DNA of 64,000 nt from positions 8,473 through 72,472 of the forward strand of contig NW_021833749.1 of NCBI RefSeq assembly GCF_006345805.1. Reading direction: 5' to 3'. A program made the position numbers and the translations under genes. This document shows, piece after piece, positions 38,665 to 53,725 of the stretch. The notes below the pieces were generated by a model. That model was not told the DNA's origin. It saw only the letters and a program-made list of their open reading frames with translations, and ran no database searches. Position 1 is the first letter of the stretch. Each line of letters starts with the position of its first letter. The stretch is from Octopus sinensis (lineage: Eukaryota).

Positions 38665-38997
38665 CCATCCGAACGTGGCCGATACCAGTACCCCCTGACT
38701 GGCTCCTGTGCCGGTGGCACGTATAAAGCATCATCCGAACGTGGCCAATGCCAGGCACGCTTAACTGGCTCCTGTGCCGGTGGCACGTAAAAAGCATCCA
38801 CTACACTCTCGGAGTGGTTGGCGTTAGGAAGGGCACCCAGCTGTAGAAACCTTCAAGATCAGATTGGAGCCTGGTGCAGCTTTCTGGCTTGCCACTCCTC
38901 AGTCAAACCGTCCAACCCACACCAGCATGGAAAACAGACGTTAAATGAAGACGACGACGATGATGGTGATGATGATGATGACGACGACGACGACGAC

Positions 38998-39029
<32 letters not shown>

Positions 39030-39066
39030 CGACGATGATGATGACGATGATGATGACGACGACGAC

Positions 39067-39120
<54 letters not shown>
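38665..39120 (+). mobile_element. RTE LINE 3' UTR with tandem CATCCGAACGTGGCC...GTGCCGGTGGCACGT units and long (GAC/GAT)n tail
   Basis: Matches 9450-9698. Confidence 0.8.
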
Positions 39121-39123
<3 letters not shown>

Positions 39124-39199
39124 TCTGAACTGTTTCACTAACTGTTGCCATTGATCAAGCACAGATCAAAACTGGACGTCTGGCTTCCGGAATCATGTC

Positions 39200-39522
39200 A
39201 GCCGCTCAAGATTAAGCAACGTAGCCTCTGAAACATGAATTCTTGCAGAGAGCGACCAAACGCAATCGCTTAATCATTGCTTTATGTCCAGCAGCTGCAG
39301 TCCCTTGTCGTTTAGTCCCAGCTTCCAGCTAAGTCCGTCGTAAAGATTATCCTGCCCCTATTGTTTTTTTTTGTCTTTTTTTTACTGAGAAACGGATCGT
39401 AGTTTTCCTGAATCTGATGTCAATGATGAAAAGACATGATTTCGAAGACTATTCAAAGCCTTTATTTCACAGTCAAGTTTTCATCAACCTTTTCAAAAAC
39501 TACTTGAAAATTAAGGTGAGAG
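39200..39522 (+). mobile_element. Tx1/L1-type LINE 3' remnant fused to a SINE
   Basis: SVVKIILP...EKRIVVFLNLMSMMK...FINLFKNYLKIKVRV, homologous to the 5250 remnant. Confidence 0.6.
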
Positions 39523-39771
39523 TGGCTTAGTGGTCAGGGCATTCGGCTCACGATCGTACGGTCGTGAGTTCAATTCCCAGAAACGCGTTGTGTCCTTGAG
39601 CAAGACACTTTATTTCATGTCGTTCCAGTCCACTCAGCTGGCAAAAATGAGTAGTACCTGCATTTCAAAGGGCCAGTCTTGTCACGCTCTGTGTCACGCT
39701 GAATCTCCTTGAGAATTTCGTTAAGGGAACATGTGTCTGTGGAGTGCTCAGTCACTTACACGATAATTTCA
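39523..39771 (+). mobile_element. SINE family C variant, 3'-truncated
   Basis: About 6 differences in about 245 bp from 42365-42613. Confidence 0.85.
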
Positions 39772-40892
39772 TTTTGTGAAATCTGGATGAGAGTGGACAG
39801 TTTGGTATACATGTATATGTCTATTCTCAATTTTCGCCTGCAATTTCTAAACAAGAGCGAAGGCATTTTCATGAATGTCAAAGATATGTGAGGGGCCCTA
39901 ATATGCTCTCCCTTTTTTTCAAGTCATACACATTGCATATATAGGTTTTAAATTTTAGCACAAGGTCAGCAATTTTCGGGGACGAGGTCAGTCGAATATA
40001 ACGACCCCAATAGTTCAACTGGTTCTTCTTTTATCGACCTCGAAAGGATGAGAGGCGAAGTCGAACTAAGAACGTAAAGACGGTCGAAATACCGCTTAGC
40101 ATTTTGTCCGGCGTGCTAACAATTCTGCTAGTTCTCTACCTTGCACACATTATAAACATCGGAATATAGTTTCATATATTATCTTTCACTTGTTTCAGTC
40201 ATTGCATTTCAGCGATTCTGGGTCCTCGCCTTGATGGGCTTAGTCGAAAAAACCGGCCCAGAACCTGTTTTTTTTTTCATCCTGATATTTATTCTCTGTT
40301 GGTACTTTTGCCCTCCACACTGTCGCGACAGTGTGGAGGGCAAAACGAGGACACACGCATACGCCGCGCGCTAGCACACACATGTGTATATACGACAGGC
40401 TTGCATGCAATCGACTAAATCTACTCACAAAACATTGATTGGCCCAGGGTTATAGTAAAAGACACTTACTCAAAGAACCGCGCAGTAGGACTGACCGCGA
40501 AACTGCGAGGCTGCAATGCAAGTTTCTTAACTACACAACCATAGGCATTTGCATTTTTCTCCCTCTCTCTAGTATCACTTTTCGAGGTTTAAACAAACTA
40601 ATACTAATTAATTTCTGCTTCACAGCGTTCCCTAGTTCTTTCCGTGGTGCAGAGACTGGGCCTCCTTTATAGACCACGTAAGGACGAATATCTTGCATGT
40701 TCGCATGTTCCCATGTATGTATACTTTGCGTGTACACATACATACAGACGGACGGTGAGACATAGAAACGAGTTGCGTGTGCCTGTGCATGTTCTTTATT
40801 TTATGTGACAAAGAGTCTATAAGCATATATAGGCATATATACTTACACACGTGTGTGTGCGTGTGTTAGTTTCTGTGTGCATACGTGCATAC

Positions 40893-40932
<40 letters not shown>

Positions 40933-41084
40933 ATATATATATATATATAATATATATATATTACATATATACCAACTTATACATTTATATACATAATACG
41001 TATATAATTGTATATAAATATATATATTATATATATGCATATATATATGTAGGTATATGTATGTATGTACATATATATATATAT

Positions 41085-41162
<78 letters not shown>

Positions 41163-41518
41163 TGTGTGTGTGTAGGTATGTATATACCCACATAATATCT
41201 TTACTTGTTGTAGTCATACAATTTCAGGCTGAATGGATCTTGCGAAATCTCACCCCAGAACGAACTTGGGTATTTTGACGGCGAGCTAGAAACACAAACC
41301 TAATGCAACACCACTAAATTTTTAAGCAAACTAACAGCAGGATAATAATTAAAATTCATTTGAGTTAGGAGGAAATTTAGACTTAATCTTATGTAAATAC
41401 GATATCAATTACATTATAATATTGCTTTTTTAAAAAAAAAAAAAAAACGTCAGCATGGATACGTAATTGGAAAGTCAATTTGATAGGGGTGCCGATAGTA
41501 TAATATTTATATTATTAC

Positions 41519-41555
<37 letters not shown>

Positions 41556-42039
41556 GTTATTATTATTATTATATTATTATTATTATTTCAAAAATGTTAT
41601 TTGTTAATTTATTTTTAATTTTATTTAAAATAAATATTAACATAAAATGGTGGCTGTCCCCAATGGTCGAGTGCCAACATGTCGGTCCATCAACTGAATG
41701 ACTAGGTTCCGTCACAAAAGCTGCACACTCTGTCCCCGAGGATTCAACACTAAACATTTCGCTCTTTATTTTATTTTATTTTATTTTATTTTATTTTACC
41801 ATTCTATCGAACGAGAAATCAAATGTTCTCAGAATAGAGTAAATTTGTTGGAAGATCATAACTGATGCGATTTTGTTTACATAAACATAGTATTTATGAT
41901 ATATATGGGTATATCTTGTAGTGAGAATGCTTATATATATATATTGGGGTACTTCACATGCACCCTCTTTAAAATATATAGGGATATTTTTATATATAAA
42001 CACGAAGTTTATGATATATAGAAGTATATTTTTTCTACT

Positions 42040-42270
42040 CTTGGCACAAGGCCCGAAATTTTGCGGTAGGGGGCAGTCGAGTAGATCTGGCTATTAATTT
42101 ATCGAACCCGAAAGGATGAAAGACAAAGTCGACCTCAGCGGAATTTGAACTCAGAACATGAAAGGCAAAGTCGACCTCGGCGGGATTTGAACTCAGAACG
42201 TAACGGCAGACGAAATACTGCTGAGCATTTCGCCCGGCGTGCTAACGTTTCTGCCAGCTCACCGCCTTGT
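42040..42270 (-). mobile_element. SINE family B with a 42-bp internal duplication
   Basis: 42116-42157 is repeated at 42158-42199. A further decayed copy lies at about 39950-40140. Confidence 0.85.
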
Positions 42271-42354
42271 ATATATATATATAGGAGTATATTATATTGA
42301 GAGAATGCTTCATATGCATACAGGTACTTTACTTTAGCATCCTGTTTAAAATAT

Positions 42355-42680
42355 GTGAAGGCGCGTGGCTTAGTGGTCAGGGCATTCGGCTCACGATCGT
42401 ACGGTCGTGAGTTCAATTCCCAGCAACGCGTTGTGTCCTTGAGCAAGACACTTTATTTCACGTCGTTCCAGTCCACTCAGCTGGCAAAAATGAGTAGTAC
42501 CTGCATTTCAAAGGGCCAGTCTTGTCACGCTCTGTGTCACGCTGAATCTCCCTGGGAATTACGTTAAGGGAACATGTGTCTGTGGAGTGCTCAGCCACTT
42601 ACACGATAATTTCACGAGTAGGCTGTTCCGTTGATCGGATCAACTGGAACCTTCGTCGTCGTAACCGACGGAGTGCCACG
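42355..42680 (+). mobile_element. SINE family C variant, full length
   Basis: A-box TGGCTTAGTGG, B-box GAGTTCAATTCC, tail GTCGTAACCGACGGAGTGCC. Other copies lie at about 53055-53335, 56187-56735 and 58803-58935. Confidence 0.88.
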
Positions 42681-43443
42681 TAATATTCATACAATATTTA
42701 AGATATATTGGGGTATTTTATCTCAATACTATGATTAAAATATATAGTGGTATGTTTGTCCTGGCAAAGATTTTAAACCGCCTCTGGCGGTGAGTTTCCA
42801 ACTTGGATATTCAGGAGTTCCGGTGAGTATGGAATTACGTCTTAGACATCACAATTTCCAGGTTCGCTGTGGCTTAGGGTAACAGTACCTGTCAAGGGTC
42901 CCAGTAATGTGGTGATTCACAAAAAATAGTCCTGGCGTTAAGATATACAAACTCAGAAGAGAGCCGGGCCTCTGACATACGTTACACCAGGTCTCTGGTG
43001 TCAGGTAGACAAGTTCCCCCTTGCTCAAAGGCCCCGTGTCTCAAACTTTGGAGAGCTGGAAATAAGCAGAATGAATTATAAATAATGTGGTGAGAATTTT
43101 TCTTCTTAACCACATGGGTCCCGGTTCAGTTGCCCTGCGTAGCAACTTAGGCAAGTGTCTTCAACACTAGCCTCGGATTAATTAAACCTTCTGTATGGAT
43201 TTGGTAAACTGAAAGAACCCCGTCGTATTGCATTTCGGGATGGTCATTCTTTTTAGCCAAATAAACACAGGCACTATATATTCGTTCTTCACTCGTTTGT
43301 CACTATTCTTATTCTAACTCATGTCCATTGTCCAAAAATCTTTCGTCACATATCTGTGAACTCTTCAGCAACACTCTCTGTCTTCGTGTGTGTTCTTGCT
43401 CCATCTATTTCATTCTGTATATATATATACGTATATATATATA

Positions 43444-43492
<49 letters not shown>

Positions 43493-43510
43493 ATATATGT
43501 ATATATATAT

Positions 43511-43584
<74 letters not shown>

Positions 43585-43605
43585 GTGTGTGTGTACTTAT
43601 ATATG

Positions 43606-44675
43606 TTAGTTAGTTAGTTAGTTAATTTGGCTCAAAAGCAAATAGCAAGGCCATGTAGGGGGACATGGAGTTAAGTACACGGTGGTGTTCATGTAAAGGG
43701 TTCAGGCCACTTGAGGTCCAGGGAGGCTTTGAACAAAGCGGTCGTCGGCATCTTCACCATCTCGTCTGGCAGCTTGTTCCACGGATCCGCAACCCGGACG
43801 GAGAAAGCTCCTCTCCTTCGATTGAGATGAAATCGTCGCAGGTAGAGCTTTTCGGAATGACCCCGCAGCCGACGCTCCGGAGCAGGAGTGAAGAACAGCT
43901 CTTTCGAGAGGTTACACTTCCCGCTTATGATGTTGTGGGCGAGAATGAGATCACCACGGCGGCGGCGTTTTTCAAGAGAATAAAGGTCGAGCGTCCTCAG
44001 CCTTTCTTCGTAGGACAAATTTTTGAGACCATGAACCAGGCGGGTAGCCAGCCTCTGGACTCTTTCGAGATGCTGTATGTCTTTGAGGAGATAAGGAGAA
44101 GAGGCTTGAATCCCATACTCCAATATGGGTCTCACCAGCGTGACATAGAGTGGTAGGAATATGGCTGCTGTGAGCATTCCGAATGACCGTCGAATCAAAA
44201 ACAGATTTCCGCGCGCTTTGTTGGCAGCATGGACGCACTGGGCCGAAGGCGAAAAGGAGGAATCCACCAAGATACCCAGGTCCTTTACCTGATCGGTCCT
44301 CTCCAGCAGCCGACGACCCGGCTCGAAATCAAGTTGAGTTGCAGGAGTAGAGCCGACAGGCAGATGACAGCACTTTGACACGTTCAGACACAGGTCCCAA
44401 TCGTTAGACCACTTCCAAATTTGGTGGAGGCATCGACGAAGATCTTCTATACTACCGCGAGGAGCGACCAGTTTGATATCGTCGGCAAATAGAAGGGTGT
44501 GTTGCGTGAGGTCGTCGGGCAAGTCATTTATGAAGACTAAGAACAACAAGGGCCCAAGCACTGAACCTTGAGGCACGCCACTGCTCGCACTGGAGACGTC
44601 GGACCACGAACCATTAACTTGAACTTGGAATGAGCGATCTGAGAGGAAGGCACCAACCCATCGTACAATATCCGG
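43606..44675 (-). mobile_element. Young 5'-truncated CR1/L2-group LINE (RT C-terminal half, open frame 44675-43689)
   Basis: SGVPQGSVLGPLLFLVFINDL, LFADDIKL, LERVQRLAT, SYEERL, RRRRGDLI, with no stops. (TAAC)n tail. Possible TSD ATATATG at 43599-43605 and 44676-44682. Confidence 0.93.
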
Positions 44676-44709
44676 ATATATGTGCATGTATATATACATA
44701 CACACACAC

Positions 44710-44756
<47 letters not shown>

Positions 44757-44766
44757 TGTGTGTGTA

Positions 44767-44797
<31 letters not shown>

Positions 44798-44814
44798 TGT
44801 GTGTGTGTGTGTAT

Positions 44815-45300
44815 GTCAGGTATATATATTTTATATCAGGTCACTTTCGAGTGCTACTGGTAATATGTAACCCAGTACAACCTGTTGCATGGTCAAGTCG
44901 TCGGTGACTAAACCGGTAACTCCACCAAGCTTGCTTGGTGAAGAGGGTGTTTATTGGACACCCTGCGGAATGAAAAACAAGATCCGTCAAAAGGCGGAGG
45001 AACTCTCGAGAGTCAACGGCCATCCAATAAATGTCTTAAGGCTGTATCATGCGCGAGGACATAGAAATAATCGGACTGAATACCCGATCGCGCGGTTAAA
45101 CCATTGGGAGTGAAGGACTCCTAGCCTTTGTTAGGGCATCCTTCTAGGAGAAGGTAACTCAGGTAACTGGGATAACTCCGACATAAAACCTGCGGCTCAG
45201 TGGTTACCGATGATGTTGACTTGTTCTTCTTTTCGGGTTACGGCTGCTGTTGCTTAGTGAGTGAGATTGACTCTGTGCACAGCCTTTCCTCACTTTAAAA
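44815..45300 (+). mobile_element. Interspersed repeat resembling an RTE 5' UTR
   Basis: CTTCTAGGAGAAGGTAACTC...ATAAAACCTGCGG motif recalled from RTE-like 5' regions; no ORF. Confidence 0.35.
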
Positions 45301-45749
45301 AAATCTTATTGCACAGGCATTGCACGATAACAACATTGATTAAACTTCGTGCAATGGCCATATTCGATAACGAGGGGCAGCCACCATATATATATGTGCA
45401 TGTATATATACATACGTGTATCTTTGTATCTATGTTTGTCCCCCACCACTGCCTCACAACTGGTGGTGATGCGCTTACGTCCCTGTAACTTAGCGGCTCT
45501 GCTTAAAAAATTTATAATAAATACTGGGGTAGATTCATTCGACAATAAATTCGACTATAAATTCATCATGGCGGTGCCCCAGCATGACCGCAGTTCAACA
45601 ACTGAAACAAATAAGGGATAAAAGATAAAATATGAGAGAAGAAAGAATGAGTATTGGTTCGGTACTCCTTTACTTCGGGAGTTATGCGATTAACACTAGA
45701 CCCGAAACACGAATGGTTTAATTGTCGCACGTCGAGTGCATCCAAACAC

Positions 45750-46013
45750 ACATACACCATTGTTTTGAATACACATTGCAATAGGTTTACCCCACTCATT
45801 GTGAACTCGTAACTGCACATCTGGTGTTACGTGTGCAAAGGAGTTGGTGATGCATTCCTTCAAATGATTTAGGTCTTTTATCTTTCTGCAATAAATCGTG
45901 CCTTTCAAATGCCCCCAAAGTAGGGTCGGATCAAGGGATCTAGGCGATTTTATAAACTGTTTCATTATAAAAAAATAAATTTTCCTATGTATGGAAACTT
46001 TTGAATCACCATG
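45750..46013 (-). mobile_element. Internally deleted Tc1/mariner-superfamily element (rosa/maT-like)
   Basis: The terminus TA-CATGGTGATTCAAAAG is joined almost directly to the C-terminal SPRSLD...LLWGHLKGTIYCRKIKDLNHLKECI. Confidence 0.65.
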
Positions 46014-46238
46014 TATATATATATACATATATATATATAATTATAATAAAGGGTTATTTGCAACAAGTTGCTTAAACCACATACCGAAAATAACCCTTTA
46101 TTATAATTATAAAAAACCCTTTATTATAATTATATATAATTTTTACCGAATATGGTCCTTTCCATACCGAAAAAGCTACTAGATGAAATTTATTAATTTT
46201 ATTAAATTAATTATATTTCACCCTTTATATGTATCGAA

Positions 46239-46304
<66 letters not shown>

Positions 46305-46852
46305 GTATATGTGAGTGTGTTTGTGTATATATTTATGCACATACACACATACATTATGTGTGTGTGCAAGCCAACCAACATTAAAATAATTTGAAAAATA
46401 GGGAAACCACTTAAATTTCATCGGTTAAACCTGAGTAGAACCTCCATTCTGTGGATGCAGGGTGGTGCAGAGAGCAGAGTGCAAATCTAAAGCTTGATTA
46501 ACTGTTTAGAACCAGTTTCTGACAGTTATAAATTTGAGTCAAATTCCTATTAGGGGGGAGCCCCTAATAGTATGCAAATAGTATACTAGACGAAATGTTC
46601 TTTCATCACTGAGGTTTGTATGTTCAGTTAAAAGGGTATAAAAACATGAGTTTGTCTCGCAAGTCGAGTGTTCAATAATGTTGGAAGATGGCGGTCAGAT
46701 GAGAGAGGCAAAATGTTTGTAAAAATTAATATTCAGGAATACAACAAACAAACTATGTGGTACCATGGGCAAGTGCCTTCTACAGTTGCCTCGGGCCGCC
46801 GACCAAAACCTTCAGAGTGGATTTGGTAGACGGAAACTGAAAGAAGCCCGTC

Positions 46853-46969
<117 letters not shown>

Positions 46970-47200
46970 TATATATATGCATGTATGTACGTATGTATGT
47001 GTGCGTGTGTATGTGTGTTTCTGTGCTTGACAACCGATGTTGTTGTGTTGACGTCCCTGTAACTTAGCAGTTCGGCAAAAGAGTCCGATAGATAAAGTAC
47101 TAGGCCTACAAAGAATAAATACTGGGGTCGATTTGTTCGACTAAAGGTGGTGCTCCAGCATGGCCGCAGTGAAATGGTTGAAACAAATGAAATAATAAAA

Positions 47201-47237
<37 letters not shown>

Positions 47238-47871
47238 TATACATATATATTATATACATATATGTACGCCCGTATGTAGGAGCTAAATACTTAGATATAT
47301 GCACATACACATATACACACACACACATACACACAAACACACACGCACACACACAAACACATTAACACGTGTAGAGCGAATATATTCACATAAACATCAA
47401 TCCTAAGAAACGGCGATGACGCTAAGCTCTGTGAAGTATTCGAAAGAGAAGTTATTTCCCCTTTCCTTCCCCTCTCAGGTGTTTTACTCACATGAAACAT
47501 GGCAGACGTAAGGCAGTCTTTCATTCGGGTTTACTGTAATTCTCTCCACTTGTTGTGGTCGGCAATTAAAGAATAAGAACAAAGACAACAAATAAAAAAT
47601 AGGATGAAGAGCAGAGGGAGTGTTAAGTGCACTGAATTCATAAATAAGAAAATAGAAGCGAGAGAGCGAGAGGGAGTGAGTGAGAGAGAGGGGTGGAAGA
47701 GGAGGGAGTAAGTGAATTTTCTAATTGAATCGGGAAGCCGTTGTTTGCAAGATGTGAAGGAGTCCTTTGAGGAATGAGAAGCAGTGGGGAGATCAGAGTA
47801 ATACAATCTCTTTTTCAAAACTTCAATCCAAACAATATCAATAAACAACCACCGACAAGAGCAAACTGCTG

Positions 47872-47929
<58 letters not shown>

Positions 47930-47949
47930 TAATAATAATAATAATAATG

Positions 47950-48003
<54 letters not shown>

Positions 48004-48189
48004 GTAATGATAATAATAATACCTGAAATTTAGGGTCACGGGTTAAGTCGACTGGTACTTATTTTATCGACTCCGAAAAGGATGAAAGGCAAAGTCGACC
48101 TCGGCGGAATTCGAACTCACAACGTAGCGACAGGCGCCTGTTTCTAGTACGTTTAATTCTGGAATTTGTTGAATTCGAAATTCACTTAG

Positions 48190-49993
<1,804 letters not shown>

Positions 49994-49994
<1 letters not shown>

Positions 49995-51040
49995 CTTAGT
50001 TTGATTCAGGTTTGGTCTTATTCCAGGTAGATTTTATGTCGGTAGTGCGTTACTACCTGAAACCATGGGTATCCATAAGTTTTCAGCAGTCTTTCAAGTG
50101 CTTAGAACCCTCCTGGTAATATTTGCTGAGTTTGATGGAAAGTATTAGCTGTCCACAGCCAGCAGGCACTTGTTTACTGATCATGCTTCAAGAACCCTGC
50201 GGGAAACTCTTGCACTTCCAAGCAATGATGACTTCTGTTGGTGTTCTATCTTTACATTTGTACCAATCTTTTTGAGCCATGTTTGTAGTTAAGTGCTAAT
50301 ACTTCGTTGCCTGCATCCTCTGACTGGCACGCCATTTGCATCTACTGGAACACTCCGATAGAAACACTCCATAACCACCACGTTTACTTGTTTACTCCAC
50401 TTTTGTCTCGCGACATGGCTAGCAGTGGCTTGATTACGACCGGGCCCACCTTGCTGCATAACGGGACACCTGTCAGATACGCCACCTTCACCATTGGCTC
50501 CAGTCCTATCCACATTGTTATGGTTAGCTATTTTGCCTCACATTTTCACTCATAAATGAGGTTCGCTCTTAGATTACCACCAACTGGTATTTTTATCGAG
50601 ATACCTATTTCTTTATTACCCACAAGGGGCTAAACATAGAGGGGACAAACAAGGACAGACAAAGGTATTAAGTCGATTACATCGACCCCAGTGAGTAACT
50701 GGTACTTAATTTATCGACCCCGAAAGGATGAAAGGCAAAGTCTACCTTGGTGGAATTCGAACTCAGAACGTAACGGCAGACGAAATACGGTTACGCATTT
50801 CGCCCGGCGTGCTAACGTTTCTGCCAGCTCGCCGCCTTTTTATCGAGATACCATCTCTAGCAATGTTGCCCACCTAGATGGAGGATGCCTTGCTCTCCTC
50901 GTTTTGAAACCAGAGTGGTCCTTCACCTAGGCTGGTTTGCAATCCAGGGCTGACGAGCTCAGCCTACACAGAGCACTGGTTATTTGAAGGCGCCAGACAC
51001 TCGTCTTTCAACTGCCTTCTCCTAGTTCGGTTCCAACATG
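49994..51040 (-). mobile_element. Internally deleted R4/Dong-type element (5' UTR, ORF N-terminus, ORF C-terminus, 3' UTR)
   Basis: RQKWSKQVNVVVMECFYRS...RGCRQR is joined at 50303/50304 to SIST*LQTWLKKIG...QKSSLLGSARVSRRVLEA*. Ends in (AAT)n. Confidence 0.75.
50606..50836 (-). mobile_element. Full-length SINE family B with 16-bp TSD
   Basis: TTTTTATCGAGATACC at 50590-50605 and 50837-50852. Confidence 0.92.
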
Positions 51041-51809
51041 TTATATATAATAATTTCCATCGGCGTCTCTTTTTTTTTTTTTTGCTTCCTATCAAAAATA
51101 CAATTTTACTGCATAATTTCCTTCCCACTGATTTCTAGAATATCGTTAAATCAACGGTATAAACGTGAGTGTAAAAGTACATCCCAGAATCCACTGCAAA
51201 CACTCATCACTAATCATTGATCACTTCCGCTATATGAAATGAATCCAATGCAGAATAAAGTGGAGCAGACTCAGCTTGCTTCCTCTCGGTGAACAGATGA
51301 AATATATACTAGCGAATGTATGCCATTTTAGAGTGCTCCCTCCTATTGTACTTTCGCATGGCACCCTATTTCTATGTAGGTTATTATATGTCTTGGATAG
51401 CTACTGCCCTGGGCAACGCTTTGGAAGGAATGATTGAGACTAGCGTTTGTGCTTTACTCTGGTTCCAATTAGGTTAGGATAAAATTAGCGAAGCAACTGG
51501 CTACGGACCAAGAGGAAATCTCAATTATTATTTTAGAGACCAATTAAATAAATGTGGTATTGAAGCGAAGTGAGAACGTGGGAGAGGAGGGGGGACTGGA
51601 AGGGATAGAGTGATAAAGGGAGAGAGGGAGAGAGGGAGAGAGAGAAGTAGAGATTCTCTCAAAGAGTGAAGATAGAAGTATACAGAAACGCGAATTATAT
51701 ACATATATACACAAACAAACATATATATATATATACACATACATACATATATATGTTTGTGTGTGCGTAAATGTAAATGGAGAGATACATATATAGATAT
51801 AGACAGACG

Positions 51810-52143
<334 letters not shown>

Positions 52144-52685
52144 GGAAATGTTTCTGGAATCAGTGGGAAATGGGCAAAAGACATTCACAGCTGAGAAATC
52201 CGCGAATAAGCAGCATTGACATAATTCTCGGAATGTTTGCTTAGATCAGTGGAATATATGTGGCTCTCGTTTGGAATGTTGATCTAATTAATAATAATAA
52301 ATGGAGAAAGATTCCGAAATATTGCGGTCAAATATTACATGTAATTGGATGATTTACTACAGGTAGACATTTAGATGTCGGCTGTAATCGTTGGTAAAAC
52401 GGTTTTGGTTGTGAGCAACAATGAAGAGGAGAGAGAGACACAGAGAGAGAGAGAACTGCATGTACATACACACAAAGACAACGTCTGTGTGTATGTGTAT
52501 AGGCACATATCAACATGTGTGTGTGTGTGTGTGTATGTGTGTGTGTGTACGTGTGTGTACGTGTGTGTGTGTACGTGTGTTCTTTATTTGTTTTCTGACT
52601 GATGGGAAAATGAGCCGGTTTCTAACCTAGAAGCCTGAGTATTTCACCGGAATTTTGGCATCAAGCAGAGTAGTTTTGTATGTGT

Positions 52686-52722
<37 letters not shown>

Positions 52723-53473
52723 GCATGTATGTATGTATGTATGTATGTATGTATGTATGTATGTATGTATGTATGTATGTATGTATGCATGAGTGTATGT
52801 ATGAGTGTATGTATGTATATATACATACACACACAGAAAAACACATGCACACAAACATACACACACAAACACATACATACACACACAAACACACACACAA
52901 ACACACATATATATTGCTTTCAAATTTTGGCGCGAGGCCAGCAATTTCGGGGGAGGGGTTAAGTCGATTACATCAACCCCAGTACATAACTGGTACTTAT
53001 TTTATCCACCCCGAAATGATGAATCTGTGTATGTGTGTGTTTGTGAGTGTGTGAAGGCGCGGGGTTTAGTCGTTAGCGTATTCGGCTCGGGAGTTCAATT
53101 CCCGGTGACGCGTTTTGTCTTTGAGCAAGACACTTTATTTCACGTTGTTTCAGTCCACTCAGCTGGCAAAAATGATTAGTACCTGTAATTAAAAGAGGCC
53201 AGCCTTGTCACACTCTGTGTCATGCTGAATCTTCCTGATAAGTACGTGAAGGATATGCGTGTCTGTGGAGTACTCAGCCATTTTCACGAGCAGGCTGTTC
53301 CGTTGATCGGATCAATTGGAACCGACGGACTGTCAGTAAGTATATATATGTATATATTGCGTCTCACGTTTGATCTTTCACTTCTGGCCGAAATCAGATC
53401 GCCATGTTGATTCGCTAGCCTCTGCACGCATATTTTTTTCTCTCCTTCTTTCTGTGTTTTTTTTCTCTGTGTA

Positions 53474-53511
53474 TCTTTCTGTTGAAGAGCGTAGGCTCGA
53501 AACGTTAAAGA
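53474..53511 (+). ncRNA. Minimal hammerhead fold with CUGUUGA core, within a PLE-type fragment (about 53350-53640)
   Basis: tcttt CTGTTGA A gagc gtag gctc GAA ACGT T aaaga. 5-bp stem I, 4-bp stem II. Confidence 0.6.
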
Positions 53512-53648
53512 CTTGTTTTATTTATATTTCCTGAGCGCCATACTAATACAATTGTTTGTTTGTATTCCACCTGCCTTCGTCTTTTGTTTATTTCCGTAAA
53601 CCTGCCTTCGTCTTTTGTCTATTTTCATAAAGCTTCCCGTTATATATA

Positions 53649-53725
<77 letters not shown>

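Noticed and set aside
43665-44156. 163-aa + strand ORF
   Set aside because: Antisense shadow of the CR1-type RT frame.
50950-50990. CTGACGA followed by a gctc/gagc stem as a hammerhead
   Set aside because: No GAAA follows the stem, and it lies antisense to the R4 5' UTR.
50860-51040. HDV-like ribozyme in the R4 5' UTR
   Set aside because: Some non-LTR elements carry one, but I could not find a P1/P1.1/P3 pseudoknot by eye.
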